IMG/VR virus record: IMGVR_UViG_2585427743_000015 | DNA from: a virus | Taxonomy: Duplodnaviria > Heunggongvirae > Uroviricota > Caudoviricetes | DNA length: 37,170 bases | Reading direction: 5' to 3' (one strand) | Shown here: positions 24,222-33,414 of the stretch, in pieces | Layout of the letters: each line of letters opens with the position of its first letter | Position numbering within the stretch: position 1 is the stretch's first letter | The notes under the pieces: model-generated | What the model was told of the DNA's origin: nothing | Database searches by the model: none | Seen by the model: the letters and a program-made list of their open reading frames with translations, nothing else | Made by a program: the position numbers and the translations under genes

Positions 24222-27077
24222 ATGAGTACCACAACACGAAAATTTAAAACCGTTATCACCGATACGGGTGCAAAAAAATTAGCTCAGGCAGCCGCGCCAG
24301 ATGGTAAGCCTGTCCGCCTGACTCATATGGCCGTGGGCGACGGTGGCGGCACGTTGCCCACACCAGACAGTAAGCAGACCCGTCTGGTGCATGAGGTGTG
24401 GCGACATACTGTTAATCGCGTCATCCTGGACGCAACACATCAGAACCGCATTATTGCGGAGCTGGTTATTCCTCCTGAAACGGGCGGATTCTGGATCCGG
24501 GAAATTGGTGTATTTGATGAGCACGGCGATTTGATCGCGGTGGGCAATACTGCGGAAAGTTACAAGCCAGCCGTTGCCGAAGGATCCGGACGTGTACAAA
24601 CATTTCGCACCATTCTGACCGTATCCAGCACTGCCACCGTGGCGCTTACCGTGGATAACACCATGGTTATGGCCACAGTGGATTACGTGAATGACAAACT
24701 GAAAGAACATGAACAGTCACGACGTCACCCGGACGCCTCGCTGACCGCAAAAGGCTTTGTTCAACTCAGTAGCGCCACCAACAGCACGTCTGAAACACTG
24801 GCCGCAACGCCGAAAGCGGTAAAGGCCGCGTATGACCTTGCTAACGGGAAATATACCGCACAGGACGCCACCATAGCGCGAAAAGGCCTTGTCCAGCTCA
24901 GTAGTGCCACCAACAGCACGTCTGAAACGCTCGCCGCAACGCCGAAAGCGGTAAAGGCAGCATATGACCTTGCTAACGGGAAATACACTGCACAGGACGC
25001 CACCACAACGCGAAAAGGCCTTGTTCAGCTCAGTAGCGCCACCAACAGTGATTCTGAAACGCTTGCGGCAACGCCAAAGGCGGTAAAGGCAGCATATGAC
25101 CTTGCTAACGGGAAATACACTGCACAGGACGCCACCACAGCGCGAAAAGGTCTTGTCCAGCTCAGTAGCGCCACCAACAGCACGTCTGAAGCATTGGCCG
25201 CAACACCGAAAGCGGTAAAGGCCGCGTATGACCTTGCTAACGGGAAATACACTGCACAGGACGCCACCACAGCGCGAAAAGGTCTTGTCCAGCTCAGTAG
25301 CGCCACCAACAGCACGTCTGAAGCATTGGCCGCAACACCGAAAGCGGTAAAGGCCGCGTATGACCTTGCTAACGGGAAATACACTGCACAGGACGCCACC
25401 ACAGCGCGAAAAGGTCTTGTCCAGCTCAGTAGCGCCACCAACAGCACGTCTGAAGCATTGGCCGCAACACCGAAAGCGGTAAAGGCCGCGTATGACCTTG
25501 CTAACGGGAAATACACTGCACAGGACGCCACCACAGCGCGAAAAGGTCTTGTCCAGCTCAGTAGCGTCACCAACAGCGATTCTGAAACGCTTGCGGCAAC
25601 GCCAAAGGCGGTAAAGGCCGCGTATAACCTTGCTAACGGGAAATACACTGCACAGGATGCCACTACAGCGCGAAAAGGTCTTGTCCAGCTCAGTAGCGTC
25701 ACCAACAGTGATTCTGAAACGCTGGCCGCAACATCAAAAGCGGTGAAGTCTGCCTATGACAATGCTGAAAAACGCCTTCAGAAAGATCAGAACGGTGCGG
25801 ATATTCCGGGAAAGGATACCTTCACGAAAAATATCGGTGCCTGTCGTGCTTATAGCGGCGCTTTGAGCACTGAAGCCGGAAACTGGACAACCGCTCAGTT
25901 TATTGAATGGCTGGATTCCCGTGGTGCATTTAATCATCCGTACTGGATGTGCAAAGGCTCATGGTCATATGCAAATAACAAAATCATTACGGATACCGGA
26001 TGTGGTGATATCCACCTGGCTGGTTGTGTCGTCGAGGTCATGGGAACTAAATCTGCAATCACTATCCGAGTAACCACGCCGACAACATCAAGTGGTGGCG
26101 GTACAACCAGCGCACAATTCACTTACATTAATCATGGGGGCGGCTACTTCCCCGGCTGGCGTCGTGACTGGAATCGTCAGGGCGACTCAATGACCGGAAC
26201 GATTAATCAGGATGGCGGAAGCCAGAATGCCTATATGTCTACGGCCTTATGTTCAGGCACCAGAGGCGGCAAAAAATATCTCAGAAAGTTTCGTGGTGGA
26301 GAAGGAGATACTATCTGGCATGAAACAGTACAGGGCGGGGTAATTCGCTGGGCGACAGGAAACTATGACGCTCAGGAAGAATTATCACTCAGCTCCGCTT
26401 ATGGTCTCCGTTCAAGAGGTGAGATTACATCACTCAGTGCTAATGGTCTGCGCATTGCTTATGGCAATTATGGATTCTTTATCAGGAATGATGGCGGCAG
26501 CACATATTTAATGCTGACGGCCTCTGGCGATAAATTTGGGACATGGAACGGCTTAAGACCGCTGACTATCAATAACGCCAATGGCGGAGTGTCAATGGGG
26601 CATGGCCTGAGTGTTACAGGTGATATTGTCTCAAGTACCAAAGTACGTGCCGGTAGCGGGAAAAAGTTCATGGTCAGCAGCAGCAATACATCCACGAAGG
26701 AAGCCGCATTCAATTTGTGGGGAAACGCAAGTCGTCCGGTGGTGGCTGAATTAGGTGATGATGCAGGCTGGCATTTTTACAGTCAGAGAAATACAGATAA
26801 CAGCATCACTTTTGCTGTTAACGGGCAGGTATCACCATCTAACTATGGCAACTTTGATTCACGCTATGTCCGGGATATTAGACTTGGTGGCGCGTCATCC
26901 TATAAACCAGCAAATAACGGGACAACATGGACGCATCAGGCTCCATCTGGTTGCGCATATACCGGGATTATCGTTCAGGATACAGGCTCAAACTCTGCCG
27001 ATAATATTGGTGGTGTTTATTACAGACCAATTCAAAAAAATATTAATGGTACATGGTATAACGTATCGAGTGTTTGA
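24222..27077 (+). CDS. H: Tail fibre protein (P2 gpH family) with expanded internal repeats
   Basis: 951 aa; N-terminal ~180 aa closely match P2 gpH ('HEVWRH...AELVIPPE.GGFW.RE'); then ~7.7 tandem 44-aa repeats; distinct C-terminal receptor-binding region. Confidence 0.9.
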   Translation: MSTTTRKFKTVITDTGAKKLAQAAAPDGKPVRLTHMAVGDGGGTLPTPDSKQTRLVHEVWRHTVNRVILDATHQNRIIAELVIPPETGGFWIREIGVFDEHGDLIAVGNTAESYKPAVAEGSGRVQTFRTILTVSSTATVALTVDNTMVMATVDYVNDKLKEHEQSRRHPDASLTAKGFVQLSSATNSTSETLAATPKAVKAAYDLANGKYTAQDATIARKGLVQLSSATNSTSETLAATPKAVKAAYDLANGKYTAQDATTTRKGLVQLSSATNSDSETLAATPKAVKAAYDLANGKYTAQDATTARKGLVQLSSATNSTSEALAATPKAVKAAYDLANGKYTAQDATTARKGLVQLSSATNSTSEALAATPKAVKAAYDLANGKYTAQDATTARKGLVQLSSATNSTSEALAATPKAVKAAYDLANGKYTAQDATTARKGLVQLSSVTNSDSETLAATPKAVKAAYNLANGKYTAQDATTARKGLVQLSSVTNSDSETLAATSKAVKSAYDNAEKRLQKDQNGADIPGKDTFTKNIGACRAYSGALSTEAGNWTTAQFIEWLDSRGAFNHPYWMCKGSWSYANNKIITDTGCGDIHLAGCVVEVMGTKSAITIRVTTPTTSSGGGTTSAQFTYINHGGGYFPGWRRDWNRQGDSMTGTINQDGGSQNAYMSTALCSGTRGGKKYLRKFRGGEGDTIWHETVQGGVIRWATGNYDAQEELSLSSAYGLRSRGEITSLSANGLRIAYGNYGFFIRNDGGSTYLMLTASGDKFGTWNGLRPLTINNANGGVSMGHGLSVTGDIVSSTKVRAGSGKKFMVSSSNTSTKEAAFNLWGNASRPVVAELGDDAGWHFYSQRNTDNSITFAVNGQVSPSNYGNFDSRYVRDIRLGGASSYKPANNGTTWTHQAPSGCAYTGIIVQDTGSNSADNIGGVYYRPIQKNINGTWYNVSSV
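24744..25770 (+). repeat. Tandem 132-bp (44-aa) coding repeats within tail fibre gene H
   Basis: Unit 'ARKGLVQLSSATNSTSE(T/A)LAATPKAVKAAYDLANGKYTAQDATT' repeated about eight times with few substitutions. Confidence 0.85.
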
Positions 27078-27613
27078 TTATGATGCATTTAAAAAATATA
27101 AAACCGGGCAATCCAAAAACAAAAGAACAGTACCTGTTAACTAAAAACTCCGGCGTTGTCTGGTTATTCGCTGAAGATGGTAAAAACTGGTATGAGGAAC
27201 AAAAGAACTTTCAGCCAGACACCATAAAGATTGCATATGATGAAAATAATGTCATATGCGACGTGCAAACGGATGTAACTGCAATTTGCCCGGAAGGAAA
27301 AAGTGTTGTCGAGTTGCCTAATATTACAGCAAACCGACGCGCTGATATTTCAGGTAACTGGATGTTTAAAGATGGCTCAGTCATTAAACGTGTGTATACC
27401 GAAGAAGAGCAACGCTTGCAGGCTGAAAACCAGAAACAAAGGTTATTACAGCAGGCCAGAGAAAAAACGCAGTTCTGGCAGACCCAGCTTGCATTAGGGA
27501 TTATCAGTGATTCAGATAAGCAACAACTGATGCGCTGGATGCGGTACGTGCAACAAGTTGAGACCACTGATACCACTGAATTACCCGTTACGTTCCCTGA
27601 TCAACCAGAATAA
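27074..27613 (+). CDS. G: Tail fibre assembly chaperone (P2 gpG family)
   Basis: 179-aa ORF overlapping H stop. Confidence 0.8.
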   Translation: MIMMHLKNIKPGNPKTKEQYLLTKNSGVVWLFAEDGKNWYEEQKNFQPDTIKIAYDENNVICDVQTDVTAICPEGKSVVELPNITANRRADISGNWMFKDGSVIKRVYTEEEQRLQAENQKQRLLQQAREKTQFWQTQLALGIISDSDKQQLMRWMRYVQQVETTDTTELPVTFPDQPE

Positions 27614-27616
27614 ACG

Positions 27617-27650
27617 AAAGGCCCGAATATCGGGCCTTATCGTTATTTCT
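27617..27650. terminator. Bidirectional rho-independent terminator between convergent G and U
   Basis: Hairpin GGCCCG (27620-27625) / CGGGCC (27631-27636) flanked by T-rich sequence on both strands. Confidence 0.5.
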
Positions 27651-27681
27651 GTTTATCTAACTATTTGTGATTTGCGTTAAA

Positions 27682-28176
27682 TCAGAACAGTCCCTTAACA
27701 GAACTGACCGCACTGTTAAGGGATGACGCCACCTTATCTTTGAAGCCGGACAGCATATCGCTGAACGATGAGGATTGCAGGCGCTCCCGCAAATCCTCAT
27801 CACAGCGTTCAAGGGTCAGTGAAAATTCTATCTTTTTCGCCTTACCGTAGCGATCAAACTCGGAACGGGTCGTATTCGTTTCAGTCAGCACATACATGCC
27901 GTAAATCTGCCCGACACCATCAATCAGAGGCCAGGGGCGTCCTGTATATGCCTGCGTGGTCAGCAACGAAAGCGACACTTCGCCACCTGTAATTTCAGGA
28001 TAAAGCACGCCGGAAAGCACAATGCGATCATCACCTGCACCTATATACTGCCAGCTTGCTGAACGGTTAACGCGTTCATTTTTTACATGCCGCCAGCTTT
28101 TGTTTTGCTGTAACTGCTGATGCGGCAGTGTGCGCAGCTCAAAAACAAACATGCCGTAGATCATCATCATGGCCAT
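27682..28176 (-). CDS. U: Tail protein (P2 gpU family)
   Basis: 164-aa ORF immediately downstream of T on the minus strand. Confidence 0.8.
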   Translation of the reverse strand: MAMMMIYGMFVFELRTLPHQQLQQNKSWRHVKNERVNRSASWQYIGAGDDRIVLSGVLYPEITGGEVSLSLLTTQAYTGRPWPLIDGVGQIYGMYVLTETNTTRSEFDRYGKAKKIEFSLTLERCDEDLRERLQSSSFSDMLSGFKDKVASSLNSAVSSVKGLF

Positions 28177-28182
28177 GACTCC

Positions 28183-31026
28183 TCAATCTTTATCGTAAAA
28201 ACTGCCACGTCCGGCACGGGCGCGCCGTTCCATCTCTGCCCTGACCATTTCACCGACCAGTTTCGCCAGTTCGCGGGGATTCTGCGTAACAACGTTATGC
28301 AGATGAACATGAATTTCACCGCCAAACCCGGAGGCAACAGGCTCCCGGTTACGGAAAGTTGCAGGAACTGATGCCACTGGAGAGCGTATGGCCTCCGCCA
28401 CCGGGCGGGAGCTGGCCGCAACAACAGGGACCAGCGCCGGAGGCAGCGGAGCCGGGACCACGGGTGTGATATTAATTGCGGGGGCAGGCTTACTGACCTG
28501 CGCAATCTTCCGCTCCTGCCACTCCCCACGAACAGCAAGTGCGCGGGGCAGGTTCTTAAAGACAATATCGCCGGGGCCAATGCGTTTTTTCGTCTCATCA
28601 ACCAGCTTACCTGTGTTATCAGCAATTTTGCTGAGTCTGCGTAGCGTCCCGGTATTGCTGTCTGTGAGCGGTTTGTTGTCTTTGGGTTTATCGCCTCCGG
28701 TGCCATTGCCATTTTCCGCAGACTTCGGCGGATTGATTTTCGCAATGTCTCCCTGAAACAGAGCGACCTTGTCCTGAAGAATGGCCGCACGCTGTGCGTC
28801 TTCGATTTTCTTTCTCGCCCTTTCCGCTTCATCCGGAAGCACACCGAGTTTTTCAAGTATCCACGCCAGCGTATCCAGCAACATTTTTGCAGGCGTCAGA
28901 ACAAGTTGTAACGCACCGCCAAGAACGTTACCGAATATCTCGCCAGCACTGGTACATTTATCCAGCGTTTCCTTGCTGGACTCCATCGGTGACAGCAGTG
29001 ATTTAAACCAGTTAAACACCTGGCTGATCCCGCTTCCGATTGCGTCAAAAACAGGACCAAACCGTTCAAAGGTTTCGCGCAACGGGGTCAGCCTTTCCAT
29101 AATCCCGCTGAACACCCCGGCAAAAAATGCCCTGATGGGATCCCAGTATTTCCAGATAAGAACGGCAGCTCCGGCAAGCGCAGCCACGATAAGACCAACC
29201 GGACTGAACAACGCCCCGATAGCGCCTCCCAGTAAAGAAACGGAACCCGTCACCATTCCCCATAGTGCTGGCAGGACCCTGACAGCATTCATTGATCCGG
29301 TCAGGAGAGAAAAACCAAGACGCAGTTTTGCCAGCGGGCCAGCAAGCACACCAATAGCCAGCGACAACGAGCCAACCGTTGCAGTCATTGCCAGCAACGC
29401 ACCGCCTGCTATCAGTAGCTGGCGCGTCAGTGCCGGATGGGCCTGCGCCAGCGCCGTCACCCTTGATACCACCCGCGTGAGCCACTGCGTGACAGAACGC
29501 AGCGGACCGTCAATCAGATCTGCAATGCGGATGCGCAACCCTTCCCATGCACTGCCGAGTGATTTCAGATCGCCGTCAAGGTTGTTGGCCATAACCTTTG
29601 CTGTGCGTTCAGCCTCACCGCGCGCGCCTTCAAGTTCTTTTCTCAGTTTGGGTAAGGAACCGTCACCCGCTGCATCAACGAGCGCCATAAACGATGTGAA
29701 AGCCTCTTCTCCGGCAATGTCCTTAAAGAACGATACCCGGTCAACTTCCCCGTATTTGCGGGTGACTTTATAAAGGTCGGCCAGCACATCCTCCATCGGG
29801 CGCATTTTGCCCCCGGCATCCGAGACGGACACGCCCAGCTCTTTCAGCGCCTCTGCTGCTGCCTTTGGCGGTGATGCCAGACGAGCCAGGCTGGCACGCA
29901 TTGCCGTCCCGGCATCACTCCCTCTGATACCCATATTCGCCAGCACGCCCGCCATCGCTGCGGCCTGCTCCAGCGATATTCCCAGCTTACCCGCCACCGG
30001 ACCTGCATATTTCATGGTTTCGCCCAGTGCGCGAAGGTCAGTGTTGGTACGGGTAAACGCTGCGGTGAGCGTGTCGCCAACCCGGTCCATCTGGTCAGCA
30101 GAAAGGCCGAACTGCGTCAGGATATTTGAGCCAATATCCGCCGTCTCGCCGAGATCCATGCCGCCAGCCGTTGCCATGCTCAGCACGCCCGGAAGCGCAG
30201 CCTGAATGGCCTGCGGTGTGAAGCCCGCCATTGCAAGAAATGCCTGCCCACTGGCGGCATCGCCTGCGGTGAACTGCGTTTCAGAGCCAAGTTTTAACGC
30301 CTGCTCACGCAGCGCCTTAAACTGCGGGCTGTTCTGGTCGATTCGCGTCAGAGCCTGAACGCGGGACATCTCTTTCCCGAACCCAATCGCGGGCTGCAAA
30401 AAACGCCCGGCAGCATAGCCGCCCGCCGCTGCCGCACCTGTTGCCAGTGCACCACCTGTTTTCAGTTTTCCCGCGGTTTCCTGCGCGCGCGAATACCGCT
30501 CACGCGCACGTGTTACACGCGCAAGCGCCTGCCGTTCGCGTTCAAGCTGGTTGTTGTACTGTTCGGTGCGTCTGATGGCCTGCTGGATGGTGTTATCGCT
30601 GCCTGTCAGGGAAATGCCGTGGCGTTTCAGCTCTCCGCCAAGCTCCCGCATTTTCTGAATTTCCCGTGTACGCGATTCATTCAGGCGTTCAAGCCGGGTG
30701 CTTAACTGCTGCATCAGCTTTTGTTGTTTTTCGCTGAGCACTGTACCCGTGCGTTGTAACTGATTAAGGGCGTTAAGCTGGCGTCGTGCTTTCACGATGC
30801 CAGCATCCGCTTTACTGACAGCGTCACGGGCGCGCTCAAATGAACGCGCCTGACGCTCGAGATTTTTGATCGCCCCCTGCGTTCGCTGGATGGAGTCACC
30901 AAACTGCCCCATCAGGCGGCGGGCGTTTTCGGCAGGCCGAGTCAGCCTGTCAACGGCGCTGAAAGCGACCCGGATATCAAGAGTCTTCATTGTCTGCATT
31001 CCCGCTGCGAAGTGCCGCCCGCTCAC
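28183..31026 (-). CDS. T: Tail tape measure protein (P2 gpT family)
   Basis: 947 aa, Ala/Gly-rich with long helical stretches and a hydrophobic central segment; GTG at 31026 or internal ATG at 30999. Confidence 0.9.
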   Translation of the reverse strand: MSGRHFAAGMQTMKTLDIRVAFSAVDRLTRPAENARRLMGQFGDSIQRTQGAIKNLERQARSFERARDAVSKADAGIVKARRQLNALNQLQRTGTVLSEKQQKLMQQLSTRLERLNESRTREIQKMRELGGELKRHGISLTGSDNTIQQAIRRTEQYNNQLERERQALARVTRARERYSRAQETAGKLKTGGALATGAAAAGGYAAGRFLQPAIGFGKEMSRVQALTRIDQNSPQFKALREQALKLGSETQFTAGDAASGQAFLAMAGFTPQAIQAALPGVLSMATAGGMDLGETADIGSNILTQFGLSADQMDRVGDTLTAAFTRTNTDLRALGETMKYAGPVAGKLGISLEQAAAMAGVLANMGIRGSDAGTAMRASLARLASPPKAAAEALKELGVSVSDAGGKMRPMEDVLADLYKVTRKYGEVDRVSFFKDIAGEEAFTSFMALVDAAGDGSLPKLRKELEGARGEAERTAKVMANNLDGDLKSLGSAWEGLRIRIADLIDGPLRSVTQWLTRVVSRVTALAQAHPALTRQLLIAGGALLAMTATVGSLSLAIGVLAGPLAKLRLGFSLLTGSMNAVRVLPALWGMVTGSVSLLGGAIGALFSPVGLIVAALAGAAVLIWKYWDPIRAFFAGVFSGIMERLTPLRETFERFGPVFDAIGSGISQVFNWFKSLLSPMESSKETLDKCTSAGEIFGNVLGGALQLVLTPAKMLLDTLAWILEKLGVLPDEAERARKKIEDAQRAAILQDKVALFQGDIAKINPPKSAENGNGTGGDKPKDNKPLTDSNTGTLRRLSKIADNTGKLVDETKKRIGPGDIVFKNLPRALAVRGEWQERKIAQVSKPAPAINITPVVPAPLPPALVPVVAASSRPVAEAIRSPVASVPATFRNREPVASGFGGEIHVHLHNVVTQNPRELAKLVGEMVRAEMERRARAGRGSFYDKD

Positions 31027-31506
31027 GCCAGCTAACCACTTCGCCGGGCGTCATCATGAAGATTTCGGCGGGCGACCAGTTAAAAATAACGGCAATATCT
31101 GCCACAAAGTCTTCTATGTGCTCAAAGCACACAACCGTGATCAGGCTTCCGTCGCCTGTTCGTTCTTCCCGCCAGAGTCCGCACCGCTCAAAAAATTTAC
31201 GGCAACCACACATAACTGAATAAAGTCACGGGATGCCATTTTTTTGATCGTCACTTCATCCAGTCGCGGTGATGTCACGCGTGACAGCAGCGTAAACATG
31301 GATTCCGCTTTCAGATTCAGCACATCAGACAGCGACAAATCTCGCAGAGATCCAGCCTGCTCAATAGCCCCGGTGATCTCCACATACGTGATTTTTTCGC
31401 CGCCTCGCTCAATTGGTTGGGTAAGTTTTACGCCACGCTCACTGGTTTCTTTCACAGTGTCAGCAACTACCGTGTTTTCGGTATCGATGTTTTTCGTCTC
31501 TTTCAT
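30977..31506 (-). CDS. E+E' fusion chaperone made by programmed -1 ribosomal frameshift
   Basis: Slippery heptamer T_TTT_TTG on the minus strand (plus coords 31189-31195); the -1 frame continues as 'ERCGLWREERTGDG...' to a stop at 30977, overlapping the T start. Confidence 0.6.
31141..31506 (-). CDS. E: Tail assembly chaperone (P2 gpE family)
   Basis: 121-aa ORF between tail tube and tape measure; contains the slippery site near its 3' end. Confidence 0.8.
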   Translation of the reverse strand: MKETKNIDTENTVVADTVKETSERGVKLTQPIERGGEKITYVEITGAIEQAGSLRDLSLSDVLNLKAESMFTLLSRVTSPRLDEVTIKKMASRDFIQLCVVAVNFLSGADSGGKNEQATEA

Positions 31507-31560
31507 CAGGAAACTCCTTTCAGTCAGAGGCGACGCACTGCGCCGCCTGCATATTACTTA

Positions 31561-32073
31561 TCAGCCAAGCCCAAGCGCGGAACGGATACGGTCAGGCACA
31601 ATGTCCTTGCCGTCCTTCCGGTAGATGAAGTTCAGCAGGTCAATCTCCCACAACGGGCGATCGTTAACACTCAGCTTGTAGTAGGTGTTTTTAATGGCGT
31701 AAGTGTGTGATGTGGCTTCGCCCTGTTTGGCTTCCCCCATATCAATTTCCGTCACACGTCCGCGCATTTCGACTTCATACAGGTCGCTTTCTGCATCGGT
31801 GTAGTATTCACCCGCAAAACGCAGCAGCGTGCCGTCAATCGTGCCGCCATACTTAAGGAACAGCTCACGAACTGCGCCCCCCATGACAAAGCTCGCATCA
31901 AGCGCGGAGTCGTCCAGACCGAGATCAATACTTACCGCACCCATCATGCCGCCACCCCGGTAGCTGTCGGTTTTGCGCGTCAGCTTAGGCAGAGTGACGG
32001 ACGTCACCTTACCCACTTCGTTTTCACCATCCACAAACAGCGTAAAAAAGCGAAGATGTTTTGGCACAGCCAT
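31561..32073 (-). CDS. FII: Tail tube protein (P2 gpFII family)
   Basis: 170-aa ORF downstream of sheath, size as P2 FII. Confidence 0.85.
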   Translation of the reverse strand: MAVPKHLRFFTLFVDGENEVGKVTSVTLPKLTRKTDSYRGGGMMGAVSIDLGLDDSALDASFVMGGAVRELFLKYGGTIDGTLLRFAGEYYTDAESDLYEVEMRGRVTEIDMGEAKQGEATSHTYAIKNTYYKLSVNDRPLWEIDLLNFIYRKDGKDIVPDRIRSALGLG

Positions 32074-33257
32074 CAGGCACCTCCCAGCACCGCAAATGCA
32101 GGTTCAAAGTATTCATCAGTAAACGTCTGGTAAAGCTCCATGTCTTCCAGTGGCGGAACAGGCGTATATTTGTAGCGAATACGCACACGCCCCTGACGTA
32201 AATCCGTGGTGCTGTTATCCACCACGTCATACCAGCACTCCGCGCCAATCAGTTTCCCGGCAGTAACCAGTGAATCCAGTTTTGCCCTGATGGCACTGAT
32301 AACATCCTTCACGTTCGCAGGCGTCAGTGGACTGTCGATGGTTTCAAACTGCGCTTCTGCAATTGAATCAGCCAGCACCTGTGCGGTTCGGGTATACACC
32401 TCAAAGATGTAGGCGTTCGTTTCCGGTGTGCGGTTGCCCCAGAAGCGGAACCCGTTGCGACGAATAATGGTCGTGATTTCTTTGTTGTTGAGGCTGTTGG
32501 CATCACTGTCTTCGGCCTGCAACGACCAGAACACATGCCTGGACATTCCCAGCACATTTTTAACAGGAACGTTGGACAGCGATTTGTGCCAGCCCTGCTC
32601 ATGGTCAATGTACGCACGAAGGCCGCACGCATAGGCAGGCGCGGGGAACGTTTCGTTTTTGCCACTTTTCGGGTTGTAGGCGATGAAGTCCGGCCATAAG
32701 AGCATCACCTCACGTTCGTTGAATTTCTGGCGGTAGGTAATCGCCTCAGCCATCGTGTTACAGCCGTGACATGAGGCATACACAAACGCGCGCAGTTTAC
32801 CCGCAATCACGCACAGGGATTTTGTTACCGCCTCCGTGTCCAGCTCCGGCGCGGCCAGAATACGCGGACGGTATCCGATGCTTTCATCCTGCTCTGCAAC
32901 AAGCAGCGCATACATCCCCGTATAGCTGCCGTCAGATTCAGAACCACCGATAACCAGTTGATCCTGCGTTTTTCCGTCTTCTTCTTTGTGTTCAGCCACG
33001 CGAACGACGATCACCTTTGTGCTCACCTGGTCTGCGATGGCCTTAAGCGCACGATAAAGCGTCCCCGTTGTCCCGCATTTTCCCAGCACGTCATTGACGC
33101 GGGTCAGCAGTGTGGGCTTGTTCAGCGGGAACAGCTTCGCGTCCGCATCATCCGCCGTTGCCACGATACCGATAACGCTGGAATCAACATCGTTAATCGC
33201 TGTTACCAGGTCGGTATTTTCCGTAACACGGGCACCATGAAAACGAGTTTCACTCAT
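32073..33257 (-). CDS. FI: Tail sheath protein (P2 gpFI family)
   Basis: 394-aa ORF, size and position as P2 FI. Confidence 0.9.
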   Translation of the reverse strand: MSETRFHGARVTENTDLVTAINDVDSSVIGIVATADDADAKLFPLNKPTLLTRVNDVLGKCGTTGTLYRALKAIADQVSTKVIVVRVAEHKEEDGKTQDQLVIGGSESDGSYTGMYALLVAEQDESIGYRPRILAAPELDTEAVTKSLCVIAGKLRAFVYASCHGCNTMAEAITYRQKFNEREVMLLWPDFIAYNPKSGKNETFPAPAYACGLRAYIDHEQGWHKSLSNVPVKNVLGMSRHVFWSLQAEDSDANSLNNKEITTIIRRNGFRFWGNRTPETNAYIFEVYTRTAQVLADSIAEAQFETIDSPLTPANVKDVISAIRAKLDSLVTAGKLIGAECWYDVVDNSTTDLRQGRVRIRYKYTPVPPLEDMELYQTFTDEYFEPAFAVLGGA

Positions 33258-33414
33258 AGCTTCAGCCCCTTGTATCCGTTAAATGATTCGGCAACAATCA
33301 TCACCCACCACGCGCGTAATCTCCCCCCTGCGCCGTTCTCCCGCCACGGCGACAACAAAAAGCAGTAACCCCCTCCGCACGCACATGCGACCATGCCGCA
33401 CAGGGAGGGAGCAG

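Noticed and set aside
24761-25705. Long minus-strand ORFs (81 and 226 aa) inside tail fibre gene H
   Set aside because: They are antisense read-through of the 132-bp coding repeats; their repetitiveness mirrors the H repeats and they have no independent start context.
24744-25770. Possible CRISPR array
   Set aside because: Repeats are 132 bp, directly adjacent without unique spacers, and in frame within the H coding sequence; no cas genes in the window.
28167-29773. ORFs on either strand overlapping the tape measure gene (229, 122 and 330 aa)
   Set aside because: All overlap the 947-aa tape measure ORF; Ser/Ala/Pro-rich low-complexity products consistent with alternate-frame artefacts.
33283-33414. 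Upstream extension of gene D from the ORF-track start
   Set aside because: The extension is low-complexity and lacks a ribosome-binding site; the ATG at 33415 has a strong Shine-Dalgarno sequence.
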